Assembly: GCF_009914755.1 (NCBI RefSeq)
Contig: NC_060935.1
Origin: the human T2T-CHM13v2.0 reference genome, Homo sapiens
Strand: one strand, 5' to 3'
DNA: 64,000 nt
The translations under genes were made by a program, and so were the position numbers. Below the pieces are notes generated by a model. It was not told the origin of the DNA and made no database searches. It saw only the letters and a list, made by a program, of their open reading frames with translations. Numbering within the stretch: the first letter of the stretch is position 1; every line of letters starts with the position of its first letter. Positions 28,113 through 42,180 of this stretch are shown one piece after another.

Positions 28113-31050
28113 GTGTGTATGGGAACCAAGGTGAAAACTCCTGGGATCACCAGCAGACGATTCTGCAGGCTAGAGAATAGGAGGGAAATCACTGTCCTTC
28201 TTGCCAAAGAGCTGGATGATCAGATAAAGGGTCATGTATCCTCCTGAAGAATCACCCACTACCCTCATGAGCTGCTAAGGGGAGGCTTATCCAGGAGTGC
28301 TGGGGCCATGGTGTCCCTTCTTCTTCCAGTAGTCTGGTCTACCCCACCCTGCCCAGTGCTTAGGCTCCACGTGGGTCTAGGTAGGGGTCGGGATTGGCCA
28401 CAGGCCCTCAGGGCACCCTCCCACTGAGAAGCCTGCCCCTGTGTAGCCAGCTCCTGCCAGCGGCGTTGCCCCAGCTCTCAGGCTGAAGCAGCTTCTGGGC
28501 AGCTCTCCCAAGTCCACTGCAGTCTGTGTCCAGGGTCCTGCAGCAAGGATTGGGTCATGTGGGCTCTGAGCCTGTTCCCAGTGGCCCCTACAGCTCAGCC
28601 TCACTGACTTAGTCCTGTTCTCAAGGCAAAACCCCATATGTCCACTACAGTGTCCTGAAGAGGGGACCCAGAGCAGCAAACAGCCTGGGCTCCACCATCC
28701 CTGGTCTTGGGCTGGCCCCCTAGCCTGAAATGAGAGCTTCCACAGACACCAACTAGCTCTGTCCTGCCTGGGATTCAGGATGCCTGGTTTGGACTGAATC
28801 ACCAGCACTATTGCAGCAGACAGGACCCCAGACGCTATGGCGACCCCGGCCTGGGCAGAGATGCTGTAGCATCTGCTGCCTTCAGCACAGTCACCAGGCA
28901 CTGCTCCTCAGGAGGCCTGCAGATGCCCTTTCTTCTTCAGCAGCCTAATAGGGCCTGGGCTGTGGAGTCAGACATGGCTTCTTGTCTCCACTCCACTAGT
29001 TACCATCTGCGTGGCTCAGAGCTAATGATTTCTTCTGTGAGCCCCAGTTTCCTCTTCTGTAAAATGAAAGTTTTAATGGTACCTCCATCATAAGATGGTG
29101 GGAGTGTTGGCCAAGCCCCAGTGGATGGAAGCTGCTCTGGTTTTGGTGGACACTGCCTGAGAAATACTCTCAGTAGGGGGGAAAGGAAAGGTTAGTGACT
29201 GGATTTAAGGCTTGACTGAGCTCAGACTCCTTATTCTAGAGCAGGTCTCAGGCCAGCTGAGGCCAAATCTCTGGGACTACAGCTGAGGAAAAAGAACGCT
29301 TTCCACCTGCACTGCCAAGATGGGAAACAGAAGGCTGATCGTGGTGGGTGTCCCATATTGATAATTTTCTGGGGGCCTCTGGGGTCACTGGTATCCTGTG
29401 GTATCTGGGTTTGGGCTCTGTCATTGGCTCTGAGCTGAGCTCTGGGCTCCAGGCTCTGGGCTTGGGTTGGGTTGGTCCAAAGAGAATGTTGAAGATTATA
29501 TTATTTAAGGGAATCACAGTGAGTTCAGCTTGTTAAGTACAGGGTTTGGCACACGATCACTGATCAAAACAGAATGAATGAATGCACACTATTTTTCACT
29601 GACCGCAGTTTTCCTAATAGACCCTCTCTGCTGGCTGGGGCCCTTTTCAAATAGGAAGGAGACAGGAATTAAGGGTTCCAATTCTTACACTTTCTGCTTT
29701 CTGCTTTGGTCAGCCTCTGTGACTTTGGGTCCTCATTTACAAATGAGACAGGGTAATCTCTATAGGGTCTTCCAGCTCTGGGATGACTGGGTCCTAAAGG
29801 GAGAGGGTTAGCAAGGCCTGAGAGCAGAGAGATTCCTTCCTGAGGTGGGAGAGAGGACTTCATGGGTGGTGGTGACTCCCCAGATATGAGTATACACTGG
29901 GTGTTGGAAGAATCTTGTCCAGAGAGAGAGGCATTGTGGGCTGGATCAGCAGTGACAGTAGGTCTGGGTGTTTGTGCCATAGCTGCTTCCTGATGGCACA
30001 TTTTCCTTTGCTCTGCAGCCCCACACCCTGCTGACCCTCGCAGTCATTTCCCCTAGGTTTGTCTTACCAAGACCTGGGGCACAGGTGGGGACTGTTGAGA
30101 AGAAAGTTCATAGATGGGTAGTGATGGGATTTGCCTGCCTTTGGATCTGTGAGGTCATGGGTCTTGGGAGATAAGCTTCTGGTTAACTTGGGGGTCATTA
30201 GTATACAAGGAACAGAGCATCACTGGGGTCAACCCAAGTAAGGGAGACAAATAAGCCAAGAATCTGAGTCTTTCAGAAACCCAGACGGGACCCTAAAAGT
30301 GCAGGGTCTCAAGAGTCTAGGTGGAAGCTAGTTCCAGATCCCTGGTGGCTGGAGGACTTCAGTGACAGGACAGGTCCTCATACTCCTCACCGTGGTGCTG
30401 TGTCATTAACCCAACTAAGCCATGCCCAGTGTATCTGCTCCTCTGCCAGATATCACTGTTCTTCTCACAACCCTCTGTATTCTCTCTGTGTTTCCAGTTC
30501 CTTTTTACTTACGATTTCTCAATTTCAGCTTGCCATAACCTTCCACAGCCCTTCAGCACTCACGCCCCCATACTCTACTGTAAGACCTTTCTAGATGCAT
30601 CTTTGTTTACCTTCTACTCCTACTACTAACTGACTTTCTCCAATTTTATAATCCAGATTTCCAAAAGCAAGAATATGATTTGCCATCACCTGGTCAGGTA
30701 CCAAGTTCTTGTCCAGTGAGCTGTGTTGGGGTATAGCATAGTACAGTATTGCTGCCTAGAGAGGGCAAAAGAAGACGCTTTGATGGCATGCAAGGAGGCT
30801 GCTTGCAGTTGAGCAAGTTGTGCCATGCACAAGGGTAACTGACTGAGGGGGAAAGTAGGAGCTGTATCCTATCTGCACCACGTGGCAAGTCATGCATCTT
30901 TATGTGGGGCTGCATCAACCCAGAAGAAAGGAGAAAGGGGTGCCTTTGTCAGAAGAGAAGTGGCCCTGTGATGTATCAGATACTATGATTAGCATATAAT
31001 CTTTTTGTTACATAGGACAATGCATTTCTTATCTCTTCTCCATTTCACCC

Positions 31051-31600
31051 TGTGTCTGGTAGCTTTTGCTGCATAACAAACCAACCCTCCCTTAAATTAG
31101 TGGCTTAAAGTAATAACCATCTATTATTGCTTATGAGTCCAGGGGCTGGCTGGGTGGTTCTGCTAATTTGAGTCTGGTTTCGTTGCTCCAGGCTAAGCTT
31201 CTTTACGTGTGTGCCTTCAGCTGGAGGCTCAGCTAGGGGCTGGATGATCTAGGGTGGCATCGCTCACACAGCTGACAGCTCTGCTTCTGGAAGTTGACTG
31301 GACGTCACTTGGGGGTACAGGGGTAACAGGGCTACATGTCTGTCATCAATTAGCAAGCTAGCCTGGACTTGGTCACAGGACAGCTCAAGGTTCAAGGAAA
31401 GCAAATGGAAGCAGGTAAAGCCTCTTTTGGTGTAGGTTTAGAATTTGAAGTGTCTCTTCTGCCATATTCTTTCAGCCATTCACAAAAACCACCCCAGATT
31501 CAAGGGATAGGAAAAAAGACTCTTGATGGGATATGTTTCAAGTCACATTACAGAACGGAAAGTAGAAGAATAACTTACAGCCATTTTTGCAGTCTATCAC
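31051..31600 (-). mobile_element. MLT1 (MaLR) LTR
   Basis: ttgctgcataacaaac...ttagtggcttaaagtaataa...cagccatttttgcagtctatcaca. Confidence 0.6.
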
Positions 31601-33253
31601 ACACCACCAACTCTGCCATGATGCTCCATCTGCCGGGGAAGAGGTGACCAGAGAGTGGACCTAAGCATAGCCCAAGGGAGCTCATGAGAACAGAAGTTCA
31701 TGGGGGTACTCCTAAGCCTTGTATACATATCTAATAGTCTTAGATGTGGATTCAACTAGGTGTGGGTTGGGAGAAAGAAAACATGGAGCTTCTTTTTCAC
31801 TAAGAGCCCCTATCTTTGCTCTTACAATTTATATAACTTGAAATTATCATAGTTGCCAATGCCTTCCTGAAACTTACGCCCCTGAGAACACTTTCTTAGC
31901 CATCATGGGTGTAGGGATAGGGATAGGAGGGATATGCAGATGAAGGAATGAGGTTGAGAAACTGGGAAGTCCAGGTTTTGGGTGGGCCAGAGATATCCCC
32001 ATAGATCTCTCAGCTCCCCTTGCCTATAGGCACAAAGTTGACCTTGTTCTTACCCAAACTGCTTTGCCTGTGAAGCCTTCTTCTCTAGTATTTCTTATGA
32101 CCAAAGTCTCCTATTTTTGAGATACTCACACTTCCTTATCCCTGCTTCTACTGTTCTTGTCCTTATTGTGGCAGCTCCTCAAGTCTTCCTTTTTCTAGAA
32201 CTCCTTCAGACTTCTCCTGGCTTTAGTTCCTCTCTATCCTTCCACTGATCCATTACATCTACCTCTGTCTTGTCAACACACTCAGTTCCATTGACCTCTG
32301 TTTTCCTCACTGCCATTGTCAGTGATTTCCTAATCTGGCATCAATCCAAGTACCATCTTTCCTGTCCCTGCACACAGGGAGCTGAGTTGTCCTGGGCCAA
32401 TTACCCAAACACAAGAAAGAGAATCCTACAAATTATGGTCTCCTTTCTGCCAGGTCCTCCATAGTTCCCACCCATCTCTCTGTCAGTACCCAGCATATCT
32501 GTCTCCTGCTTTCCACAGAAGCTATTTCAGAATTTATTTCCTCTCCTCTAACCTCCTGCTGCACCACCAGCCACTTCAGTCATGATAAAAAAAAAAACCC
32601 TAAGGAATAGAGACCTTCATATGGAAACTCCTTTCATGCCCTTCTCTATCAATAACAACTTTCAACCTCTTCCTGACTGCTGGCTCTAACTCTAAATAGT
32701 CCTCAAACTGCAGCTTCCCCTTCCTCTCCTAGGTGAGCCACTTCAAAGTTATGCCCATACCAATGGTCTATTTAGGTTTAGTTTAGAGGAGGGCACAACC
32801 ACATGGCTGATGTGGGGGACTGGGTGCCATGTGGGGGCTCCCATCTAAGACAAGACAGGGGCAAGGTAACTCCTACCCCATTTTAGGAAAAATTTGAAGC
32901 TCATGCACTTGAAACACCCACAACAAAGTCCAAAGGATAGTGGCAGAATCAGTTTGAGTTTTGGGGCAAAAGTTGAGCCACATGAGATGGTATCACAGGA
33001 AAAAGCAGATGAAGAAAGAACAAAGAAGAATGGATCTAGGAGATTTCTTTCAGCAACCTTGGAACATTCAGATAGTCTTCCTTGGCCTTTGAGTGCCATA
33101 TGCCAAAGGGATAAGGGAAACACTGACTTACTGTGTGGGAAATGGAGGCCACCAGCTCCCTTCATAGGTAGGGTGAGTCCAGGTTTTCCCTGGATTTTCC
33201 CGGAGGAAATGAGGATGTTTCTGAGAAGAGAGGAGGTAGGTAAGACCCTCCTT

Positions 33254-34510
33254 ATCTACCTCTCTTTGGGTAGCCACACTGAACACTGTAACGGTAATAG
33301 CAGTCCATGGTGATAGGAGTATACAGGAGACTTAGTGAAGTTGGAGACTGCAGATTCCAGGCTCTTTCCTTGAGGAACAGAGAGATAGGTGAATGAGTGC
33401 AAAAGGGGGAGCAGCTGGTTCCTGGAGAATGGCAAGTGATGGCCTGTCTCTCTCCTGGACACCTGCACTGAACTCTCTTTGGTATGGAAGTTCTGACTTC
33501 CCTTTTTGGTGTGACAGCCAGACTGAGGGTGAGAGGGAAGAAGAGCCAGAGACTGATGGGATGTCTTCCCCATCCGGGGTGTCCTGCAGCACAGTTCTTG
33601 GCACACAGTGGGGTCTCAGTTAATATTTATTGAATGAATGATAAATGACTCTGGATACTCTGGCCATGTTTGGAAGGTAATTTTTCCATTTGTTGCTTTC
33701 TTCCATCCAGATGATGCTGTTGGCACCCAGCCTTTATGAAGACTATGCTGTCTGAGCAGACCCCAATGGCCAGATGAGTTCTACCTTGTTAATACCACAC
33801 CAGATCAATTATGGCAGAGCCAGAGTTCTCCTCCACCCCATCCCAGGAGGTGGTATGCCGTTATGGAAGGAATTCGGGACTAAGAATTAATAAGGACTGA
33901 TGTTCTGGTTCCTTCATCTTCATGGACTTGTTGAATAAATTTGGAAAGGTCACCTACCCTTGAGACTTCAGTGCCCTCCAGAGATGATAATCTCTGCCCC
34001 TATAGAGTTATGGCAAGATTAAATGAGCTAACAAATTGGAAGAACTTTGCAAATCATAAAACATGGTGCATAGGCATAGGACTGTAATGATAATGATACA
34101 AAGTGTAGCATCCAAGATAAGATAACGTCTTAACGAGGCAAAATGTGAAAGCTCTTTGAGAGCAGAATACATGGGTGATTCTTCTCTGTAGCCTCATAGG
34201 GCTTAGTAAAGCATCACATAGATGCTGAGTAAGTCATTGAATAGAACTGAATTTCCTTCTTTGGAGGTCCTTAGTAGTGACCCAGATCTGGAGGTTTCAG
34301 GTCCAATGAAGGTAAAGGTCTCCATCACTTGCCGTTCTCCAGGAACCAGCTGCTCCTCCTTTTGCACTCATTCACCTATCTCTCTGTTCCTCAAGGAGAG
34401 AGCCTGGAATCTGCAGTATCCAACTTCACCAAGTCTCCTGTATACTCCTATCACCATAGACTGCTATTATCATTACAGTGTGCAGAGTGGCTACCCAGAG
34501 GGAGGCAGAT
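33254..34510. repeat. Inverted repeat IR2: arms 33254-33442 and 34322-34510
   Basis: Hand alignment: 189 nt, ungapped, 13 mismatches (~93%); visible as matching peptides in ORFs 33256..33606(-) and 34329..34574(+). Confidence 0.96.
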
Positions 34511-35180
34511 GCACAGCATCAGCATCTGCCAATCAATCACTCCCTTTTGGAAACTCTACTTGATGCAAAACTGAAGGCAACAATTAGGCTAACCACATCT
34601 ATTTCTTGTTATTGGGAGTTATTCATAAGGGCAGCCATAATTATTGTGCATTTTTGTGTCATTTCATAGGTTTCAATGTCTTAGTTGTCTTTGACCAAAA
34701 ATTCATGAATACATTAAATTATATTAAATTATATTCCAGCCCACTGGTTCATACCTTGAGTGGGATCATGGTGTGTCCTCTGGAGTGCCCACCAGTGCCC
34801 ACATACCTTTTCCTCCCTCCACCGCTGGCCATTGAGGATGCTTAACCTCAGTCCCCTGGGCACTGTTACAAGATGTTAAAGGAAGAGAAGAAGCTGTGGA
34901 TTTAGTTAGCTATGAGAGGGCAGATTTGATCTGAGCCCGAGAGTAGACCTGGGCTCAAAGAGAAAGGACTCCAAGTGCTCAGGAAGTGAGGGATGTGTCA
35001 CAGAGACTCTAATGCTAGTGGACATTTTACAGCCTGTTTGCAGCTGGACTGGGTGGGAGTGGGAATCCAGATTCAGAAGAGCTCTATCTCTCCCACCTGA
35101 CAACAGTGGCTCATGGCATGACGGTTCTGCTCTCCATCTTCTCCCTTGTTCTGCTCCTCCAAATGACCTCCCATCCTGGG

Positions 35181-35296
35181 TCAATCTCCCCTTTCCCCCT
35201 ACACTCCTCCGGCCATGCCTGCCCCTCACCCCCAATAGATCAATCTCCCCTTTCCCCCTACACTCCTCCAGCCATGCCTGGCCCCTGCCCCCAATA
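35181..35296. repeat. 59 bp tandem duplication (2 copies)
   Basis: tcaatctcccctttccccctacactcctcc(g/a)gccatgcctg...ccccaata twice. Confidence 0.9.
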
Positions 35297-35738
35297 TTTG
35301 TCTCAGGGAATGAGCCTGGTGTGAGGGGTCCAGACTGGAAGAGAATGTGAGGAGCCTCAGGCCAGGAATGTCTGTGGCTCAGCAGTGTCTAGTCAGCCTG
35401 TTCCTGTACACCATTCTGATATTGGAGCCTCAATCCTTTATTCACCTATTTATTTAATAAACAATAATTGAGCATACAAAATGTACCAGGTTCAGTTTAA
35501 CCATGTTCACTAAAACATGTGAAGTGCTTATGGGAACTCTTTGTAAAAGGTAAACTATCAGGGCTGGATGCCTATGACATCAGAGTTCTTGGTCTTCAAA
35601 AGATGGCACCTGGCTCCACTTGCTTGCTCTGTAATTTGGTTAAGTTATTTAATTTCTCTGTGCCTCATTTTCCTATTTTGTAATATGGAAAGCATAATAA
35701 CAATAGTAAGGGTATGGTAAGGATTAAATGAGGTAATA

Positions 35739-35816
35739 TTAGGTTGAACCATATGAAATTGCCACCATTCAGCTATTTTTCAACCACAGAAACACCAATG
35801 TCATATGGTTTAACTT
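35739..35816. mobile_element. MADE2 (mariner-derived MITE) inserted in a MIR
   Basis: ttaggttgaaccatatgaaattg...caatgtcatatggtttaactt, ~80 bp with inverted termini. Confidence 0.7.
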
Positions 35817-36063
35817 GCCAAAGTACTTAGTACTGTGGTTGGTATAGAACAAACTGCTCAGTCAGTGGTACCTTTGCTTTGTTTTATTTAGATGCTACAA
35901 GCCTAACAGTTCTTTCAACTCAACTGTTTGTGTAATGCTAACATTTAGATAGGAAGCTCTTTCTAGCACCACCAGGAACATTTTGACTCCAGATTAACAT
36001 ACTCAGTGGATAGGTTTTACTCAAGACTACCCATGGGGACAATCATGTTAGAGCAGGCAGTGA

Positions 36064-36502
<439 letters not shown>

Positions 36503-36600
36503 TTCTCCATTGTTTTAACAGGGTTTTATTTATAGGAAATCATAATGAAGTGGGAATTGTCTCTATACTTAATAAGCGATAATGTGCCCATTAATCACAA

Positions 36601-36781
36601 ATAAATATATAGATATATAAATATTATATTATATATATTATATATTTTTATATATATTATATATAAATATATAATATATAATATATATAATATATATATT
36701 ATATAATATATATTTATATATAATATTATATATATAATATTATATATAATATATATATTTATATATATATAAATATATATA
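36601..36781. repeat. Almost pure A/T (TA)n low-complexity tract
   Basis: Read directly. Confidence 0.93.
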
Positions 36782-39700
36782 CACCAGAAACAGGAAGAAG
36801 CATGAACATGTCATCTCTGAGTGCAGTCCTCAGTCCTAGAGGTACAGGAAGGGAGTAGGGAGGTGGGATAAGAGTCTGTTTTCCAGAAAGCTTGAGTCCA
36901 GGAGAAGCACAGTGTCTGGAAGCCAGGGCCCTAAACAAAGCCCTCCTTCTCATTATATCTTCTTCTGTTAAATGACCCACTCAGGCAGCACTTTCACTGG
37001 AATCAACAAAGACTCTGGTCTGCCAGAAACCAGCCAACCCAACCCTGCGCCTAGAGCTCCTCCCAGGGTAGCACTGGTCTCTGCTCCAGTGCCTAGAGGT
37101 GAAGAGCTATCTGGCATCTGTCAGCTTTCCATGGGCAACCTGTGAGCAAGGCAGGCTTCTCAGGGTTTCATGGATTTTCTCAAAGCCCCTAGGGTTCCTC
37201 TTGCATTTCCTCCAATCAGGACCCAATTCCTAGTTTTCAAGGAAATGAAGCAAGGCTGCAAGCTCTGCAGTCTCCTGGGGCCTTCTGACTTGGCAGAGCA
37301 AAATGTACCAACACCTGCTGCAGCTGCAAGCCCCTTCCTATTTTTCCTCATCTCCCTCCTCCAGCATATTCTAGTCCTTAGAAAGCGTGCTATGGGGCTC
37401 CTGAATTCCCTTTGGCTTTTAACAAAGAGGCTGTATTTTAATTTACAGAGTCAATGTGAGGAGTGGCAAGGTGAAAGCAGAACATGTGGTTTGCCAGTCA
37501 TTGCTTTAGAGAAGGAAAGTCCCACCCCACGTGTTGCACAGGAGGCAATGGAAGCTCAGAAAAGAGGAGGGGCTCCCCCAAGGTCACACAGCAAGTCTCT
37601 TTTCCTTGCTCTAATAAGCTTTTCTTTCCGCAATATTGTATTAAGTGCCAAACTGTAGGCCACCCCTAAATAAGAAGAACTAGAGAGCCAATCTCAAAGT
37701 CTGCATCTCAGCCATAGAACCCTCTGTGTTACGAGGCCCTAGGGAAATGCAACCCCCCAAGTTTGAAGTGAGGAGGCTTCCTCTTGAAAAATCGGTTAAA
37801 ACGCCCTCCTTTATGCACATGCCAACTTTGACTTCAAAAAGACTTTATTCCCAAGGATAAACAACCCTATGTTTGTGTAATATAATTAAGTGAAGGCATC
37901 TTTAAATGTCATACTAGCCTGTGCCCATTTCAAATTGTTATGCATCAACAGAACTTAACGAGATAGCCAAGCCTTCTCCTTGCTGTGAGACTGAGATAAG
38001 CCACAGCACTGTGGGCCCTTTAATAGATTGCCAAAATAAAGCATTTTCTATGCAAATTATTCATGCAGTGGGACAGCTAATTGCTTGCCAAGAGCCCGCC
38101 CACTGCCTCTCTGCAATTAGTCGTGAAGTTGAAGGAGCTCCAAACTCCGCAGGCGCACTCAGGGCCTCCTGCTCCTATGGCTTGTTTTCAGGTTAGCAGA
38201 AACTTTCTTTCCTCTGGTGATAGGGCCTGGTTGCCCTGGCACAGAGACTGTTGAGTAAGGGGAGTGAGGGAGTGGGCAGCAGGTAGATAACTAACGGTAA
38301 AGCGGGGAGGCCATTCCTGGACTGCCATGGCCCAGCACCTAACTCGTGTATAATGTGCACTTGGCAGCGGTTACACCCTGAGCTGCAGTTTGCTCATCTA
38401 TAAAACTGGTTTGGACACTGGTCTGAGGGTCCCAATCATCTGGTGTTTTGAGAACAGGTGACAAAGGGAGTTGGGAGCAAGCTTAGCCCTCTCAAGGAAG
38501 GAGCTCAAGGAAGAACCCACTTTGAGCTCATAGGAAACCAGAGACTCAAGGTCACAATAGGAATTTGGAGTCAGAAAAATCTGCAGAGTCCCAACCTACC
38601 ACCACTCCCATCCTGGCAATTGTTGTCATAGGCACAGGAAGTCTCTATGGTTGTCAAAGTAGAGTCTCAGATAATTGAACCAATGATTAGAGCTCTCCCT
38701 CACTCTCACACAAACCAACCGGCTCTCTCGAGTTCTCTTTCTGCCTCTCTCCTAAGTGTGTCTCTGAGTCTCTCAATGTCTCTCTCTCCATGTCCACGTT
38801 CTGTTGTTGCCTTTCACTCCCTCCCACCAATAGCTGGCTGTGGAAGCAACTCCAAGCATGGGCCAGCACCCAGTGGTCTCCTGAAACATGACCAGAGCAG
38901 ATTTGATCTAGGAAAGGAAGACTAGGGTATCTTGCTCTTGCACCAGCTTGTGCAGGGCAATATCCATGATCTGGGATCACACATGCACCCCTCAGAGAGT
39001 TGGGGTCAGGACTCTAGCCTGGACAAGAGTACCTTTGGCCTCCGTTTCCAGGATTTGGTGAGACGGGCCAAACCCATGTTGTCCAAAGGAGCACACTTGC
39101 TCAGGGAGGGATCAAGGAGCCCCATGAGAGCCAAAGTGACATGCGTGAACATATGTGGTTGGGGAGGAAGGGCGTATTTTTGGTGTCTGGGCAGCTTTAG
39201 AAGCTAACTGCTCACGTGGTAGGTGAGGGCCTGGGCTAACCCATGGGTTCTTAGGTCAATGGTTTGCTTACTTAACAGAAGGCTATTTTCCTCATTAGAG
39301 TCTCGTGAACACATCAATATGGAAGTTATTTAACCTAGAAGAGTGATGGATAATGGTTGCTTGCCTTTGATATTCTTCAACAGCCTTTTGATACACTGAG
39401 AGCCCCGAGGAGGGCACAGATGAAAGGGCCATTTGGTTGGGACTGCAGCATCAGCTCTGCTCCTCCCCATGCTGATTGCTGGTGACTCCAACAGTCCGCA
39501 CCAGTCAATCTACTTGGCTGAGCTTCCCCTGAGGCCCTGGCAGTTCTAGAAGTGCCTGGTAATCCTCCCGTGCAGATGCGGGTGCACTGAAAACCCCTTG
39601 TTGCTAAAGAAGTAAATGACCCAGGAGGAACATCACATGGGGCCCTTGCTGCTGATTCACAATGGAGACGAAGGAACTGATCACATTAGCTGGGCAACTT

Positions 39701-40674
39701 GGGATGTGGCCCAGGAGGCAGGAAGAGCTTCAGTAGCTCTAGCCCTTCACTCTGGTCTCACTCAGAATCACATCCATCTGGTCCTTGCCTGGAACCCCAG
39801 ACCTGATAACTTCATCCTAACTTGCTCTGGGGTTCAAGGCCCTGCCCAGTCATCTGCCGAGGACAACATAATCCTAAGCTTAGAGCCATCCGTTGCTTGG
39901 ACCAACTTTGCCTCACTAACCCCCCATGGCCCCTGTGGCTGAGGTCCTGTCACCTGCTGATACCCAGAGTTCCCTGTACCTGGCCCTGTTCCAGGAAGAG
40001 CATGGCTCTTGAATTCCTCTCACCAAGCTCCACTGTGTTGGATGAGGGGCACTGAGGCTGGGTGCATTATGCCTGGTGTTTGCCCCTTACCTTACAGCCT
40101 CCTTGTTCCTATTGCTTGACTGGCTCCTATTCAACACCTGAGAGAAGGTGGGGTGCACTCAGGATGGGGGACTCTCCCTACCCACCTCATCTAAGCTAAC
40201 TCCAAGTCCAGATCCCACCAAAGCTCTCCTGCCTCAGTGAAGCGGTCCTGCTCATTCATATGCAGAGGCATGACCAAGCTGGTCCCCAAAGGCTTGCGGC
40301 TGGAACATGTGGGGCTGGGTTGGGAGAAGGCAGAGCCACGGGATTCTCAGCTCTACCTGAGAGGGCAGGCCAGGAAGGGTGCAGTGATAAAGAGTGCAGT
40401 GAAGTGAGAGAAGACAGGGCAGGACGAGAATGTAGGGGACCGAAGAAACACTCAGAAAACCTGACCCCATGATTTGAGCCCTAGTAAGACAATAAAGTCC
40501 CCTCCACCTTCTTTTTCCCTAACTTCCTTTTCTTTCTTCTCCTCCCTTCTCCTTCCATTTGCTAAGGGGATGTGCTGAGACTCAGCTTTGCTATGGGTCT
40601 CACGGTATCTAGGGGCTAGCCTGGGAGCCCACCTCCCATGTGGAACGTTGTTTCTATCAAACATGCATCTGGAA

Positions 40675-40944
40675 GGCTCACAACTGTAATCCCAACACTT
40701 TGGGAAGCCAAGGCAAGAGGATCACTTGAGGCCAGGGTTTGAAATAAGCCTGGGTAACATAGTGAGACCCCATCTCTACAAAAAAATTCTTTTTAAATTA
40801 GCCAGACATAGTGGCATGCACCTGTAGTCCCAGCTACTTGGGAGGCTAAGGGGAGGATCACTTGAGCCCAGGAATTTAAGGCTGCAGTGAGCTATGATCA
40901 CACCACTGCACTCCAGCCTAGGTGACAGAGCAAGACACTGATTC
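40675..40944 (+). mobile_element. AluJ
   Basis: Dimer with J-type ggatcacttgagcccagg in the right arm. Confidence 0.85.
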
Positions 40945-41265
40945 AGAAAAATAGAAAATGCATTCTAACTCCCTGTGGATTTCTGGAGCCCAAGTCCCGT
41001 ATAGCCAGAACTTGTCTACACTGTTTGACATGCGCAACCTTGTTCCACCCTGGGCAGGACCCCCATGGGCACGACCATGGCAGCCGGTATCCCTGTCTCT
41101 TTGCTGGCCAGTTCTAGTGTTCCCAGAGTACCTTGTGCTCAGGGTGCGGCTGAGGGAAAATGACCCTACACCGCAGGACCCAGGAATTTGTATATTTAAT
41201 TCTCCCTCTCCCAGGTGGGAGCCTGTGTTAAGACACAGCCAAGGGTGGGAACCCTGATCTCGATA

Positions 41266-41450
41266 ACTGCATCTCAAACTTCAGCGTGCCCTTATCAGAG
41301 TCATCTAGGGCAATTAATAAAACATAGACTCCTAGACCCCATTTCCAGAGACTCAGATTCAGGAGGTCTGAAGTGGGCCTGAGCATTTGTGTTTCTAACA
41401 AGCTCGCAGATGCTGGATGCTGCAAGTCCATGGACCACACTTAGAGTAAC
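41266..41450. mobile_element. MER5A-like hAT-Charlie element
   Basis: tctcaaactt...gattcaggaggtctgaagtgggcctgagcatttgtgtttctaacaagctc...ggaccacactt. Confidence 0.65.
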
Positions 41451-41639
41451 AAGGGTCTGATGCAACCTCCCATTTTCCTGAGACAAAGACCGCACTGAGA
41501 GCAAAGCAGGGCAGGGGATACCAGCGGCCCACCCAAACGCCCAAGTCTTTGAGGGCTCAGGTTCCCACTTTAGGAGGACAACAAAACTTACGCCAAACCG
41601 AAGCGGGCCTTGTTGCTGCATGTTGGGCCTCTGGCCTGG

Positions 41640-42180
41640 CCCAGAAGACTGGGCCATCAAGAGTGTTAACCGCTGCCATTGGCTGGTCCTTCACTGACAG
41701 CAGAAACTTGGCCAATGGCAATCAATCAGGGGGCCCGCGCTGCCTTAAATACCAGCAGAGCAAACGGCCTCAGACAAAGCTGCGCCGTGTATCAATTACC
41801 GAGAGGCTGCGTGCTCCTCTGGGCGGAGGGAGCCGGAGCGAGCTGCCAGGGCTGCTGCCCCAGCTGATAAGGGCCCGCATTGTTCGGGGACAGCTGGCAG
41901 CCCGATAAGGGCCTGCTCGCCCGAGATAATGGCAGTGGGCAGGCGCCTCGCGGCAGTTTAGAATTTCTTGGGTCTCCAAGAAAGGTTCTATTAAGCCCAC
42001 TGACCCCAATTGAATATTAATTAGCTAATTAACGGATTTATTGTTCCACGCCATTTCTGGAGAGGCCATTTTTTTTCGAGTGCCATTATTTTTGTAAATG
42101 ATTTTTCGCATTGTTCATAATTGAATCTTTGCAGCTGCCAGCATCTTCTGCATGATTTGGCAAAAAAAAGGAAGCAGAAG
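41640..42180. promoter_or_regulatory. Candidate distal enhancer (GATA/E-box/SOX/homeodomain cluster)
   Basis: Locally CpG-rich unique sequence with GATAA x3, CAGCTG x2, CATTGTTC x2 and the palindrome TTAATTAGCTAATTAA. Confidence 0.55.
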
